The translations under genes were made by a program, and so were the position numbers. DNA of 62,326 nt, filler included. It is 4 parts of 4 records of this genome, joined end to end, with 100 filler letters (N's around TTAATTAATTAA, not from the genome) between each part and the next. Parts side by side here need not be neighbours in the genome. Positions count along the whole stretch, not along the records: positions 31,587 to 62,326 come from SRR31156797_6820; 3 more parts are not named here. One strand, written 5' to 3'. The notes under the pieces were generated by a model. The model saw only the letters and a list, made by a program, of their open reading frames with translations, was not told the DNA's origin and searched no databases. This document shows positions 49,152 through 59,902 of this stretch, piece after piece; positions within the stretch are counted from its first letter, which is position 1, and every line of letters begins with the position of its first letter.

Positions 49152-50507
49152 TCAATATCTTAAAAAATCCTCGGCAAGCATCTCCTCCTCGATAAACCGG
49201 ATACCGTATTTTTCAAGTTCGTCCAGTACCGGATTGTAAATTTCCTTTCGGGTAGGAATCTGAACCCCTGTCAGGTTAAACCCGCCGTTTAACATATGTT
49301 TAACGGCCATAGCCACCGGTAGCCCTACTGTTTTAGACATTGCCGTATGCACATGATCATCACCTTCAACCACCATCGACGACAGGATTTTGTTTTTGGT
49401 TTTATCCTTCATATATCCAAACTGGTGTTGCATCACGATCATATCACGATCATCCTTTTCGAATACCCATTTTTTCTCCAGCAGATCCTGAAGGATTTGA
49501 GCAGGTGTTGCATTTTTCAAACCTATCTTCGTTCTGTTGTCGAACAATCCCAGCCACCTGAGCCTGTACATGGGCATCGAATCTTCATCCACTTCCAGGT
49601 ATTGAGCCACATTTTCCTCAAGGCTAAGTTCCGGGCGAAAACGCAGGAATGTTTCCAGGAACTCGTGATAGGTCATGTTTTCTGAATTTTCCAGTGTGTA
49701 AGAGTCATCAGTCATGCCCAGTTGTACAAAAATGTTCCATGATTTACAAAATCCCGGACGGCGCAATGTGCCACGCACCATGGTCGGGATATCATCAAGT
49801 CCGTATATGCCACGGTATTTCAGGGAGTCACGGTTCATATAACTTTCAAACTCGCCATACTCAAGTACATTCACCCTTTGAATACGGCTGAAAAGTTTAT
49901 GGTAAGGAATGTATTTGTACATGCCGTTTACAATGATCTGTGCCGTACCCTGGCCGGCGAGTACTACATTTTTTGGTGCCCAGGTAAATTTATAATTCCA
50001 TGGGTTGTTGTCGTATTTTGGTGCAATCAGTCCGCCGGTAAACGAACGGAAAGAAGTGATTTCATGCCCGCTTTCCTTGAGTTCATCGATAACCCGCATG
50101 GCCGACATGTGGTCGATGCCCGGGTCAACGCCAATTTCGTTGAGCAGCAAAACACCTGCTTTCCTGGCTTCATCATCCAGTGCTTTTATTTCTTTGGAGA
50201 CGTAAGAGGCTGTAACCATGTTTTTGCCCTGCTTCACACAATCGGTGGCTACAAGGGCGTGCATGCTTGCAGGCAACATCGAAACCACCAGGTCAGCTTT
50301 TGCTACTTCATCCCAGCATTGTTTTTTATCAAATACATCAAAACAAATGGCTTTGCCGTTGGGGTGACCATTGATTTTTTGCGTGGCTGTATAACAGTTT
50401 TTATCACCGAGTGTGATTTTCCAGTCATATTCCACTGAATGATCAAGCAAATATTTAATGAGGGTTGAAGCAGACAATCCTGCACCAATTACCAGTATAT
50501 TTTTCAT
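49152..50507 (-). CDS. Saccharopine dehydrogenase, paralogue 1
   Basis: IGAGLS, KNMVTASY, NEIGVDPGIDHM, YKFTW, NRDS, RGTLR and TAMSKTVGLP. Confidence 0.92.
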   Translation of the reverse strand: MKNILVIGAGLSASTLIKYLLDHSVEYDWKITLGDKNCYTATQKINGHPNGKAICFDVFDKKQCWDEVAKADLVVSMLPASMHALVATDCVKQGKNMVTASYVSKEIKALDDEARKAGVLLLNEIGVDPGIDHMSAMRVIDELKESGHEITSFRSFTGGLIAPKYDNNPWNYKFTWAPKNVVLAGQGTAQIIVNGMYKYIPYHKLFSRIQRVNVLEYGEFESYMNRDSLKYRGIYGLDDIPTMVRGTLRRPGFCKSWNIFVQLGMTDDSYTLENSENMTYHEFLETFLRFRPELSLEENVAQYLEVDEDSMPMYRLRWLGLFDNRTKIGLKNATPAQILQDLLEKKWVFEKDDRDMIVMQHQFGYMKDKTKNKILSSMVVEGDDHVHTAMSKTVGLPVAMAVKHMLNGGFNLTGVQIPTRKEIYNPVLDELEKYGIRFIEEEMLAEDFLRY

Positions 50508-50581
50508 TTCTTCGTAATTCGGTCTTATGGTTTTACGCTAAAAAAGCTGAAAAGGAATCCCTGATGAGCATTTCATTTTTA

Positions 50582-51889
50582 TTACTTTAAATATTCTTCG
50601 ATGTACTTATAATCCGGTGTTAACTCACCCCTGTGCAGTATCATAGCCCGCTTAATTTCGGCCGGTAATTTCAGTGACTTAAAATCTGTTGAATAATCTG
50701 CTTTAGCAATGGCCGGAACAAACTTCGCCAGTGCCTCACCGAAACTTTCGGAGGATTCGCGCGGCAATTCGCTGGGCAGAATATCCACAGCCATCACCAG
50801 GATACCCTCACCTTTAAAGCTCATGTTGGGTAAACGTTTTACCGGATCGTATACAAACACCGGGTCTTCAATCTCTGTACCTTTATGCGTGAATTCTACC
50901 GAGCCATCAGGATCACAGGTCACATCGCCAATCACCTTGAGTTTCATGTTGCTTTTTTGGTACAACGATTCGATGAAATCTTTGGTGAGAATTCTCGGAT
51001 AGCGATCATCCCAGTACATGCAGTTCATCAGGATGGTGAGGTGCTCCGGATATTGCTCAAACTGATTCTTGTACTTTTCAGGGTGATTGTAATAATCGTG
51101 CAGCTCAAATTTTTGACTGGGGTCGATGGTTTCCGACAGGTCTTCCTCTTTGAAAACAATCTTATATATTTTCTTATTGTTGTACTTGCCTGAGTTTTTC
51201 AATTGTAGCAGGTCTTCGGGTGTAATCTCCACAGTCGGGAGTAAATCGGCAATGTGCTGGGCCCCTTTGCTCACGTTTCCATATCCCGTAAAACCGATGG
51301 TAAATGGTGCCAGTGATTCGGGTAAACCTTCCTTCTTGATGGTTTCACCAACTTCAGCGATCACTTTCTCGGCTTCAGCAAGTGAATTGTATTTGTGGGA
51401 TTGTTGAATCCGGGTAAAAGGCGTTTCAATGCCTTCCTCATTCAACCTTTCGCCCACCGACCAAAGTGAATTGATCATGCCTGCAAGCCCGGCAAATCTG
51501 CCAAAAAATATCAGCCGCCGTCCAGAGTCATCAGCAATTTTTTCATAATCAATAAGGTTGCATTTTTTCTCCATCATGTGCTGCAGCATGGGCATGTTGT
51601 AAGGCTGCCCTTTGATAACATGAGAGAAGAATATGTAGGTTTTCTTTTTCTCAAAAAATGAGATGGGCATCTCTTTAACACCAAATATTACGGGGCAATC
51701 CTCCAGGCTCTTGGTAACCTGCGCTCCGACATCTTTGTATTCATCATCAGTAAAAATTCTTTTGGGCGAACTTTCGATATGAATTTCAAGGCCTTTTTCG
51801 ATGAGTTCCCTGGCTAGAGCCGGTGGAATAGCCACCCTGCGTTCCATCACATATTTATCTTCGTGTCTGATCCCGATTTTATTATTCAT
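50582..51889 (-). CDS. Lysine-ketoglutarate reductase-like protein (AlaDh/PNT fold; LKR domain)
   Basis: IGIRHEDK..ERRVAIPP, GVKEMP, FFSHVIKGQPYNMPML, IDYEKI...GRRLIFFGRFAG and AVDILPSELP. Confidence 0.85.
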   Translation of the reverse strand: MNNKIGIRHEDKYVMERRVAIPPALARELIEKGLEIHIESSPKRIFTDDEYKDVGAQVTKSLEDCPVIFGVKEMPISFFEKKKTYIFFSHVIKGQPYNMPMLQHMMEKKCNLIDYEKIADDSGRRLIFFGRFAGLAGMINSLWSVGERLNEEGIETPFTRIQQSHKYNSLAEAEKVIAEVGETIKKEGLPESLAPFTIGFTGYGNVSKGAQHIADLLPTVEITPEDLLQLKNSGKYNNKKIYKIVFKEEDLSETIDPSQKFELHDYYNHPEKYKNQFEQYPEHLTILMNCMYWDDRYPRILTKDFIESLYQKSNMKLKVIGDVTCDPDGSVEFTHKGTEIEDPVFVYDPVKRLPNMSFKGEGILVMAVDILPSELPRESSESFGEALAKFVPAIAKADYSTDFKSLKLPAEIKRAMILHRGELTPDYKYIEEYLK

Positions 51890-52209
51890 AGCAATATTGG
51901 TTTACGATTAGCATATAAATTTAAAGGCCGCAAACATACAAATTTTGGGTAGTGGAATGAAGAAATCGTTTGCCATTTTTTAACATACCAGTTGGCTTGA
52001 AAACCCGAATTTAAATGAAAGATGTTCCACACTTGAATAATAATTAATTGTTAAGTCTGATGTCCCTAAACGGCCAGAACAATTTTTTCATTCCATCTTT
52101 TGCCTGTTCTTGATCTAATGGACTTTTTAGAATTAAGGCTGAGTTAATATGAGGTTCTGCAAAATCAGTATTTTTGCGCTCAATTTAAAATCAACAGATC
52201 AATATAATT

Positions 52210-53304
52210 ATGAAAAGATGTTTGATCGTAACCGGGGGAGGTGATTGCCCCGGATTGAATGCCGTTATCAGAGCGATTGTTAAGCGCGCCAACAAGGAAA
52301 GGACCTGGGAGATAGTTGGAAGTATCGAAGCGTTCAACGGAATATTAAACGAACCCACCGAGATCGAAATTCTTGATGACGCCAAGGTGTCGGGGATACA
52401 TTACCAGGGGGGTACAATCATTCAAACAACAAACAAAGGCGGCCCGTTTGCATGGCCCGTTAAGAATAATGATGGCTCATGGGGTGCAGTGGACCGCTCG
52501 GAAGAGATGCTGCGCAAACTCCAGTACCTCGGCATTGAAGCCGTTGTCAATATTGGTGGTGACGGATCTCAACGCATTTCCAAACGCCTGCATGATATGG
52601 GGCTGAACGTGATTGGTGTGCCGAAAACCATCGATAACGACCTCTCTGCAACAGACTCTACTTTCGGTTATCAGACCGCTGTACAGATTGCTACCGAGGC
52701 AGTTGACAAACTTGTTACTACGGCAGCATCGCACAACCGTGTTTTGATCCTCGAGGTGATGGGAAGGTATGCCGGATGGATTGCGTTGAATGCCGCAGTG
52801 GCCGGTGGTGCAGAGATTTGCCTGCTTCCTGAATTTCCATATGATGTGGAGAAAGTACTCGATAGTGTAAATAAACGTTTTGAGCGCGACCGTGGTTTTG
52901 TGAATATCGTGATCTCTGAGGGGGCACGTGCTATAGGTAAAGATTATGCAACACTAAGCCAGGAAGAGATTGGTTATGAAAACCGCAGGCTGGGTGGTGT
53001 TGCCAACGTGCTGATGAACCAGTTGAAAGAAGCCGGCTGCGAACACAGCATCCGTACAACAGTACTCGGACACCTGCAACGTGGTGGTGTACCCATTGCC
53101 TACGACCGTGTACTGGCTACACAATTTGGAGTAAAGGCTTTCGAGATGGTGCTGAATCAAGAGTATGGCCGTATGGTTTCTTATCGTCATCCACACATTA
53201 CTTCCGTATCGCTTGAGGAAGCATTGCAAAAACCCAATCTTGTTGATACCGACACTGCGCTGATGAAGACTGCTCGTGGAATCGGCATTAGTTTTGGTGT
53301 TTAA
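52210..53304 (+). CDS. pfkA: 6-phosphofructokinase
   Basis: TGGGDCPGLNAVIR, GGDGS, PKTIDND, EVMGR and LGHLQRGG. Confidence 0.95.
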   Translation: MKRCLIVTGGGDCPGLNAVIRAIVKRANKERTWEIVGSIEAFNGILNEPTEIEILDDAKVSGIHYQGGTIIQTTNKGGPFAWPVKNNDGSWGAVDRSEEMLRKLQYLGIEAVVNIGGDGSQRISKRLHDMGLNVIGVPKTIDNDLSATDSTFGYQTAVQIATEAVDKLVTTAASHNRVLILEVMGRYAGWIALNAAVAGGAEICLLPEFPYDVEKVLDSVNKRFERDRGFVNIVISEGARAIGKDYATLSQEEIGYENRRLGGVANVLMNQLKEAGCEHSIRTTVLGHLQRGGVPIAYDRVLATQFGVKAFEMVLNQEYGRMVSYRHPHITSVSLEEALQKPNLVDTDTALMKTARGIGISFGV

Positions 53305-53326
53305 CACCTGCAAGCAACAATATATG

Positions 53327-53350
53327 AAGCCCTTTCAAAGGGCTTTTTTT
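53327..53350 (+). terminator. Rho-independent terminator
   Basis: AAGCCCTT-TC-AAAGGGCTT followed by a T-tract. Confidence 0.8.
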
Positions 53351-53477
53351 GTGGGAGTATTTGTGATAATGATTGATGCCGTCACTTTCAGAAGAGATTT
53401 TAACTATACCGTAAACTTTTCAATTAAATAATGACCTGGCATGCAATGGTGAAATTTTATAATTTTGCACCCTTTTT

Positions 53478-54902
53478 TTGAAGTATTTAAAAGTGAAAGA
53501 ATTCCTTAAACATCCCATCTTCCGCATTATATCAGAAACGGCACACGAACAAAATGTGCAGGCTTTTGTTGTGGGAGGATTTGTACGCGATCTGTTACTC
53601 GGTCACCCTTCAAAGGACATCGACGTAGTTGTTGAAGGTAAAGGGATTGAATTGGCTATGGAGGTGGGTAAAAAGGCTGGCGGGGCCAAAGTGAAGTACT
53701 TTAAAAATTTTGGTACGGCTATGTTGCGATACAAGGACTGGGAAGTTGAATTCGTAGGCGCCAGGAAGGAGTCATATCGCCGGGATTCCCGAAAACCTAT
53801 TGTTGAGGATGGTACCCTGCAGGACGATCGCAACCGGCGTGATTTCACCATCAACGCCATGAGCATTAGCCTGAACCAGGAGAGTTACGGTGAACTTATC
53901 GATCCATTCAACGGACAGGTTGACCTGGAAAACAAAATAATCCGTACACCACTCAACCCGGATGTTACCTATTCGGATGACCCACTCCGGATGATGCGTG
54001 CTGTAAGGTTTGCAACGCGTTTTGATTTCAGGATTGAGGAAGAAAGTTTTAAAGCCCTGGCAAGGAATGCCGAACGTTTGAAAATAGTTTCGCAGGAGCG
54101 TGTTACCGATGAACTGAATAAGATTGTGATGGCATCCAAACCTTCCATTGGATTTAAGTTGTTGTTCAGCTCCGGGTTGCTTCACCAGTTTTTTCCGGAG
54201 ATGGTTGCATTACAGGGTGCTGAATACAAAGGAGGCAAAGGCCACAAAGATAATTTCTACCATACCCTGATTGTATTGGATAATGTTGCAGCAAAATCGG
54301 ATGACCTTTGGCTGCGATGGGCTGCCATATTGCATGACATCGGTAAACCACGCACCAAAAAATGGGTAGACGGAATCGGGTGGACATTTCATGCCCACGA
54401 TTTCGTGGGCGCCAAAATGTTACCTGGCATATTTAATCGGCTGAAATTACCAACCGGAGATAAGCTTAAATACGTTCAAAAACTGGTTGCCCTGCATCTA
54501 CGCCCCATTGCACTTTCCGAAGAAATTGTTACCGACTCGGCAGTGAGACGGCTGCTGTTTGATGCCGGAGATGAGATTGATGACCTGATGAGCCTCTGCG
54601 AAGCAGATATGTCGTCGAAGATTCCGGAAAAAATCAAGCGCTACAAAAAGAACTTTGAAATCGTCAGGAGTAAGCTGGTTGAAATTGAGGAAAAAGACCG
54701 TTTGAGGAACTGGCAGCCTCCGGTTTCCGGCGAAACAATCATGAAAACTTTTGGATTGAAACCAGGAAGGCCTGTTGGTGATATTAAAACAGCCATACGC
54801 GAAGCCATCCTTGATGGAAACATTGCGAACAACTACGAGGAAGCCTACGAACTCATGTTAAAGATCGGTGATGAGATGGGTTTTGAGCCAGTTAAGCAAT
54901 AA
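53478..54902 (+). CDS. cca: tRNA nucleotidyltransferase (CCA-adding enzyme) with HD domain
   Basis: VVGGFVRD, DIDVVV, RRDFTINA, DDPLRMMRAVRF and LHDIGK. Confidence 0.92.
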   Translation: MKYLKVKEFLKHPIFRIISETAHEQNVQAFVVGGFVRDLLLGHPSKDIDVVVEGKGIELAMEVGKKAGGAKVKYFKNFGTAMLRYKDWEVEFVGARKESYRRDSRKPIVEDGTLQDDRNRRDFTINAMSISLNQESYGELIDPFNGQVDLENKIIRTPLNPDVTYSDDPLRMMRAVRFATRFDFRIEEESFKALARNAERLKIVSQERVTDELNKIVMASKPSIGFKLLFSSGLLHQFFPEMVALQGAEYKGGKGHKDNFYHTLIVLDNVAAKSDDLWLRWAAILHDIGKPRTKKWVDGIGWTFHAHDFVGAKMLPGIFNRLKLPTGDKLKYVQKLVALHLRPIALSEEIVTDSAVRRLLFDAGDEIDDLMSLCEADMSSKIPEKIKRYKKNFEIVRSKLVEIEEKDRLRNWQPPVSGETIMKTFGLKPGRPVGDIKTAIREAILDGNIANNYEEAYELMLKIGDEMGFEPVKQ

Positions 54903-54970
54903 CCTTACATTTTTTCTTTCCCACAAAAATCATTAGATTTGGGGTTATCGTTTTTATTTGAAGGAAATTT

Positions 54971-55513
54971 ATGAATGCAATTAGAATCAGAATTTGGGTT
55001 GATGGCCAGGATAATTTTATCCGGGAAGTTGAAATAAAATCAAATCAGTATTTTAAGGATCTGCACGAATTTATGGTGAAGTCATTAAAGCTTGATGCCA
55101 ACGAGTTAGCGTCATTTCATATAACTGATGATAACTGGCAGAAGATCAGGGAAATTTCCCTCATAAACATGATGGGTAAACCTGATCCCAAAGCCGGGCA
55201 GGCTGAACATATGCCCGAAATGGGCAAAACAAGGCTGGATACCTTCCTTGTGGAAATCGATCAGAAACTCATATATGAGTATGACTTTTTGCAGATGCAT
55301 ACCTTTAAGCTGGAAGTGGTAGATATTTCAGGTGTAGATGAGGGTGTAAAATATCCCCATATGGCCATGAGTTATGGATCGTTGCAGCTTGAGGAAAACC
55401 TTGAGGTAGAGGACGATTCGGAGAAACTCAAAAGGGAGTTGCTAGATGAATTTAATGCGATGGATGAAGATGAGGATGATGATAACGACTTCATTATAGA
55501 TGATGATAACTAG
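54971..55513 (+). CDS. pRiA4b ORF-3-like protein with acidic tail
   Basis: REVEIK, DLHEF, ELASF, KLIYEYDFL and an Asp/Glu-rich C-terminus. Confidence 0.7.
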   Translation: MNAIRIRIWVDGQDNFIREVEIKSNQYFKDLHEFMVKSLKLDANELASFHITDDNWQKIREISLINMMGKPDPKAGQAEHMPEMGKTRLDTFLVEIDQKLIYEYDFLQMHTFKLEVVDISGVDEGVKYPHMAMSYGSLQLEENLEVEDDSEKLKRELLDEFNAMDEDEDDDNDFIIDDDN

Positions 55514-56429
55514 AAGCCAATCGAAACAAAACTACTCTGGTAAAACCTTGTTGGTGTTGGTGGGCCCAACGGCCATTGGCAAGACAGAAGTTGCCATAAA
55601 ATTAGCGCGCTATTATAACACCTCCATCCTGTCTGCCGATTCCAGGCAGTTTTTTAAAGAGCTAAAAATTGGTACTGCCGCTCCAACCGAAGAAGAAAAA
55701 GCCAAATGTCCGCATTACTTTGCCGGACATCTTTCTATGCATGATTACTATAATGTGGCCATGTTCGAAAAGGATGCGATTAACCTGCTCGATACGCTTT
55801 TTTTGGAAAATGATCTGGCGATTTTAGCCGGTGGCTCAGGGCTTTATATCGATGCTGTGTGCCAGGGTATTGACGATATTCCTGATGCAAATATGAAAAT
55901 CCGCCAGGAAGTAGATCAAAAATACAGGGAGCAGGGCATCGAATATTTGCAGAATGAACTTGAGCGACTGGACTCTGAATATTTTTCGGTTGTGGATAAA
56001 AACAATCCCAACCGGATGAAACGTGCCATTGAAGTTTGTCTGTCAACTGGGAACACCTTTACTTCATTCAGGGTGAGGAATAATAAGCCAAGATATTTCA
56101 ACATCATTAAAATTGGCCTAAACCGGCCACGGGCTGAACTTTTTGACAGGATCAGCCTGCGCACACTACAAATGATTGATAAGGGTCTGGTGGAGGAGGT
56201 CAGGGGATTATTGCCTTATCGTGATCTGAATGCTTTGAATACAGTCGGGTACAAGGAAATTTTTGAATATCTGGACGGTGAAATCAGTCTTGAACAGGCC
56301 ATCGAAAATATTAAAACAAGCACCCGCCGTTACGCTAAAAGACAACTGACCTGGTTTAAGCGTGATAAAGAGATCCGTTGGTTTTTGCCGGAGGATCAGG
56401 ATGGGATGATTGGGTTTATTAATTATTAA
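55500..56429 (+). CDS. miaA: tRNA dimethylallyltransferase
   Basis: GPTAIGKT, SADSRQ, IGTAAP, GGSGLY and TRRYAKRQLTWF. Confidence 0.96.
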   Translation: MMITRSQSKQNYSGKTLLVLVGPTAIGKTEVAIKLARYYNTSILSADSRQFFKELKIGTAAPTEEEKAKCPHYFAGHLSMHDYYNVAMFEKDAINLLDTLFLENDLAILAGGSGLYIDAVCQGIDDIPDANMKIRQEVDQKYREQGIEYLQNELERLDSEYFSVVDKNNPNRMKRAIEVCLSTGNTFTSFRVRNNKPRYFNIIKIGLNRPRAELFDRISLRTLQMIDKGLVEEVRGLLPYRDLNALNTVGYKEIFEYLDGEISLEQAIENIKTSTRRYAKRQLTWFKRDKEIRWFLPEDQDGMIGFINY

Positions 56430-56482
56430 AGCATAATATTTGAATTTTTGGGTTTAGTATTTTCATTAACAAAGATTAGTTC

Positions 56483-57415
56483 ATGATTTTAAAAACAGGG
56501 TTTTTATTTGTGCTTCTTTTATATATTGTGGTATCAGTCTATCCTCAAATGGATTCCAACCTTTATCTTGGTGTCCTTGAAACAAAATGGGCTGAATGGC
56601 CAGAAGAAGTATTTCAAATGCGGGCTGACTCTGCAAGAAAGAAAATTGTCAGGGTACTTTTTAGTTATGAAAACAATCATTGGCACACTCTGGAAAATCA
56701 AATTGCAGATACAAATGCTTATCCATCTCAAGCAACATGGTTCATCAGTTTTGATGGAAAACTAATTGACTCTTTAAATTCGACTAAAGCTCCATTAAGA
56801 TATGAAAGCCACCCCTGGACTTTTCCCCGGGATTCCTACCACATTCCTGATTATCAGGCCTTGCCTACGATTGGATTACCTACTGGAGAATTCATCGAAT
56901 TTGCCGGTGAACCTCATCCACGTCCTCTGGTTGTGGTGAGTGGTTCCAATTATCATGATCCTGATAAATGGAAACCCTTTACACCCCATGATTCATTAAT
57001 GTCGAAAGTCTATACTGGATTTCTTCATTATCATAAGTTATCAACGGAAAATGTTATAGGTCCAATGGCTACTCTGGATTTTGGGAAATCATACAAATCA
57101 TACAAATCAAATATATTACTACAAGTTGGTCTGAAAGAATCTACTCATGATGGGCGTGAGTATTTGTCATTGAGAACTTGGTTTTATCTATCAAAAGGGG
57201 GTGAGCTTATTAACCTTTCTAAATGTGTTGATTTTCCACACCGTGGAACCGAAGACATGGAAATCTCTCGACTTGTATTAGTGGATGCTGGTGATTATGA
57301 TGCAGATGGATATACTGATGTTTTATTTTGGATTAGCAGGTACAATGGAAATGGTTATGCTTTATTTTATAATGATTTTACCCAAAATGTAACATTCGAA
57401 TGGAGCTATCATTAG
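56483..57415 (+). CDS. Secreted hypothetical protein with C-terminal DxDxDG (FG-GAP-like) motif
   Basis: Signal peptide and LVDAGDYDADGYTDVLFW. Confidence 0.65.
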   Translation: MILKTGFLFVLLLYIVVSVYPQMDSNLYLGVLETKWAEWPEEVFQMRADSARKKIVRVLFSYENNHWHTLENQIADTNAYPSQATWFISFDGKLIDSLNSTKAPLRYESHPWTFPRDSYHIPDYQALPTIGLPTGEFIEFAGEPHPRPLVVVSGSNYHDPDKWKPFTPHDSLMSKVYTGFLHYHKLSTENVIGPMATLDFGKSYKSYKSNILLQVGLKESTHDGREYLSLRTWFYLSKGGELINLSKCVDFPHRGTEDMEISRLVLVDAGDYDADGYTDVLFWISRYNGNGYALFYNDFTQNVTFEWSYH

Positions 57416-57447
57416 TTGCTTTTATTTTTCTATAGTTTTGTAGCCTT

Positions 57448-58539
57448 ATGGGATTATTGCTTTTTTATCTCTTTTTGGCCATAGCCATTTCCTTTCTGTG
57501 TTCTATCCTGGAAGCGGTTATTCTTTCCACTTCCATATCATTCATTAAAACGAAGGAATTAAGAGGAAACAAAAGTGCTGCCCGGTTGAAGGAGTTTAAA
57601 AACAATATCGATCGTCCGTTAGCTGCTATTCTGTCGATTAATACAGTTGCTCACACCGTTGGTGCCGCCGGTGTAGGAGCACAGGCAGTTGCTGTTTTTG
57701 GCGAAGCTTATTTTGGCTGGATATCCGCCATCCTTACCTTGCTTATCCTCGTTTTTTCAGAAATCATCCCCAAAACCATTGGCGCCAGGTACTGGCGTAA
57801 ACTGGCATTGCCTTCAGCCGGGATTTTAATGACGATGATCTATATCTCGTGGCCGCTTGTATTTATTTCAAAGTGGATCACAAAGGCATTTTCAGCTTCA
57901 GAGGAACAAAAATCAGTCAGCCGTGAGGAAATCTCAGCCATGGCGCAGATCGGAACACAGGAAGGTGTGTTTGAAGAATCAGAGGAAAAAGTGATCCGGA
58001 ATTTAATGAAGCTCAGAACGATCAGTGTCCGTACCATAATGACACCGCGCACTGTGATGGTTTCCGCACCTGAGGACTTGTTACTGACCGATTTTTTTAA
58101 AGACAAAGATTTCCTGCGGTTTTCACGTATTCCAGTATATAGCGGTAGCGTAGATTCGATTACAGGCTATGTTTTGAAATATGATGTGCTGGAGAAACTG
58201 GCTGATGATCAATTCGATCTGAAACTGAAGGATGTCAGGCGGGAAATGCTGGTCACCTACGAAAGCTTTACCATCCCTAAGCTTTTTGAACAGCTGCTTG
58301 AGAAAAAGGAACACATCGCACTAATCGTCGACGAATACGGAGGTGTAGAGGGCATCGCCACCCTTGAGGATGTTTTTGAAACTTTGTTTGGGTTTGAGAT
58401 TACCGATGAAACGGATATGCAGGTTGATATGCAAAAGCTGGCCCGCGAACGATGGCTGAAACGGGCAAAAGCCATGAACATAGATTTTGGAAATTCCGGT
58501 TATTCCGGAAAAGATTCCGGAACATCAAAGCCAAAGTAA
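57448..58539 (+). CDS. CNNM/DUF21-CBS domain protein (hemolysin C/CorB-like)
   Basis: SFLCSILEA, SEIIPK, IMTPR, FSRIPVY and VDEYGG...TLED. Confidence 0.92.
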   Translation: MGLLLFYLFLAIAISFLCSILEAVILSTSISFIKTKELRGNKSAARLKEFKNNIDRPLAAILSINTVAHTVGAAGVGAQAVAVFGEAYFGWISAILTLLILVFSEIIPKTIGARYWRKLALPSAGILMTMIYISWPLVFISKWITKAFSASEEQKSVSREEISAMAQIGTQEGVFEESEEKVIRNLMKLRTISVRTIMTPRTVMVSAPEDLLLTDFFKDKDFLRFSRIPVYSGSVDSITGYVLKYDVLEKLADDQFDLKLKDVRREMLVTYESFTIPKLFEQLLEKKEHIALIVDEYGGVEGIATLEDVFETLFGFEITDETDMQVDMQKLARERWLKRAKAMNIDFGNSGYSGKDSGTSKPK

Positions 58540-58561
58540 TGCGGAATTCCGGATGTGGAGC

Positions 58562-59401
58562 TTAATTTTTGAGGTGGTAATTCTTCAATTCCTCAATAGG
58601 GCTTTTTATGACCTTTGCAATGGATAAGTTAAATTCTGACGCGACTTCTTCAAGGTAATTTTTGAAAAGGAATGCCACCGATCCCGAAAAGCCAAGGTCA
58701 TGTTTATCGAAATCCTTGTATTTGAGCGTGTTTTCCCTGAAAAATTGTTTGAAAGCTTTTTTTACGATTTCCCTGATAAATGGATGGTTTTTGTGTTCAA
58801 CCGCAAATGGGACAAATGATGCAATATATGCATTGGGTTTTTCCCTGGCATACAACTGGGTAATGAAAGTATCAGGATCAATATCGAAGTCAGCCACAAA
58901 CTTTGCATTCAAATTTTTAGGGAAGTCACCGTAAAAGAATGCCTTGATCAATTCACTGCCAATTTGCGCTCCGCTGCCATCATCAGCCAAAAGGTACCCC
59001 AGTGAAGGAATGGCAGTTTTAATTTCATTATTACAAAAAAGGCAACTGCTCGAACCTGTGCCCAGTATGGAGGCGATGCCCGGAGCATTCCCGAAAAGTG
59101 CCCTTGCTGCGCCAAACAAATCATGCTGGACCTCGATATTTGCTTTTTTAAAGTATTTCTTAAATAGCTCAAATACCAAATCTTTTGATGCCTGTGAAGA
59201 ACAGCCTGCACCATAAAAATGAATTTGCGTAACCTTTGATGCCAGAAGTGATGGTGTTAGTTCTTTGATGCCAGTTTCGAGGGTTCCGGCAGGAAAATAT
59301 GTAGGGTTAAACCCGGCAGTAGAAATGTCGAGCAAAATTTTATTCTGGTTAACAACAACCCAGTCGGTTTTTGTGGAACCGCTTTCAGCAATGATTTTCA
59401 T
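58562..59401 (-). CDS. BadF/BadG/BcrA/BcrD-family ATPase (N-acetylglucosamine kinase-like)
   Basis: IAESGSTKTDW, FYGAGC, ILGTGS and LGYLLADDGSG. Confidence 0.88.
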   Translation of the reverse strand: MKIIAESGSTKTDWVVVNQNKILLDISTAGFNPTYFPAGTLETGIKELTPSLLASKVTQIHFYGAGCSSQASKDLVFELFKKYFKKANIEVQHDLFGAARALFGNAPGIASILGTGSSSCLFCNNEIKTAIPSLGYLLADDGSGAQIGSELIKAFFYGDFPKNLNAKFVADFDIDPDTFITQLYAREKPNAYIASFVPFAVEHKNHPFIREIVKKAFKQFFRENTLKYKDFDKHDLGFSGSVAFLFKNYLEEVASEFNLSIAKVIKSPIEELKNYHLKN

Positions 59402-59437
59402 AGAATCTTGATTGGTATTTCAGTTGCAAAAGTATTA

Positions 59438-59821
59438 TTATCCAAATATTTTTGGAATAAAGATCAAAGCTCCTGTTACTGCAGCTGCTATTGCAAAAAT
59501 TAACACCGCTCCTGCAGCCACATCTTTTATCAGGCCGGCCTCTTTGTTAAATTCTGGAGATACCTTGTCAACAAGCATTTCAATAGCCGTATTCAAAGCC
59601 TCTGCAGTTAAAACACCACCAATGGTGAGGCATATCAACACCCATTCGATGGTTGATAAACTAAAATACAACCCGGCAAATATTACAACACCTGTCGCCA
59701 CCAGATGGATCCAAAAGTTGTGCTGTGTTTTAAGTATGTGCGCGATACCGTTTAAGGCAAACTTAAAACTCAATAATCTTTTCCAAAGTGAAAAAGGCCG
59801 CTTTGATCGCTTTTTATTCAT
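59438..59821 (-). CDS. dgkA: Diacylglycerol/undecaprenol kinase
   Basis: SFKFALNGI, EALNTAIE and KDVAAGAVL. Confidence 0.9.
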   Translation of the reverse strand: MNKKRSKRPFSLWKRLLSFKFALNGIAHILKTQHNFWIHLVATGVVIFAGLYFSLSTIEWVLICLTIGGVLTAEALNTAIEMLVDKVSPEFNKEAGLIKDVAAGAVLIFAIAAAVTGALIFIPKIFG

Positions 59822-59902
59822 AATATCTTGACGATCCAAATGTAAAAGAATTTTTAGATACTGATTTTCCCCGGCATCCTTTAAGCATAATCCTGTTACA
59901 GT

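Noticed and set aside
54971-55513. pRiA4b ORF-3-like gene as a sign of a plasmid or IS
   Set aside because: It sits between cca and miaA in an ordinary chromosomal context, with no transposase or terminal repeats.
58490-58556. Four ATTCCGG copies at the end of the CNNM gene
   Set aside because: Short, irregularly spaced and mostly encoding a low-complexity Ser-Gly tail; not a CRISPR array or iteron set.
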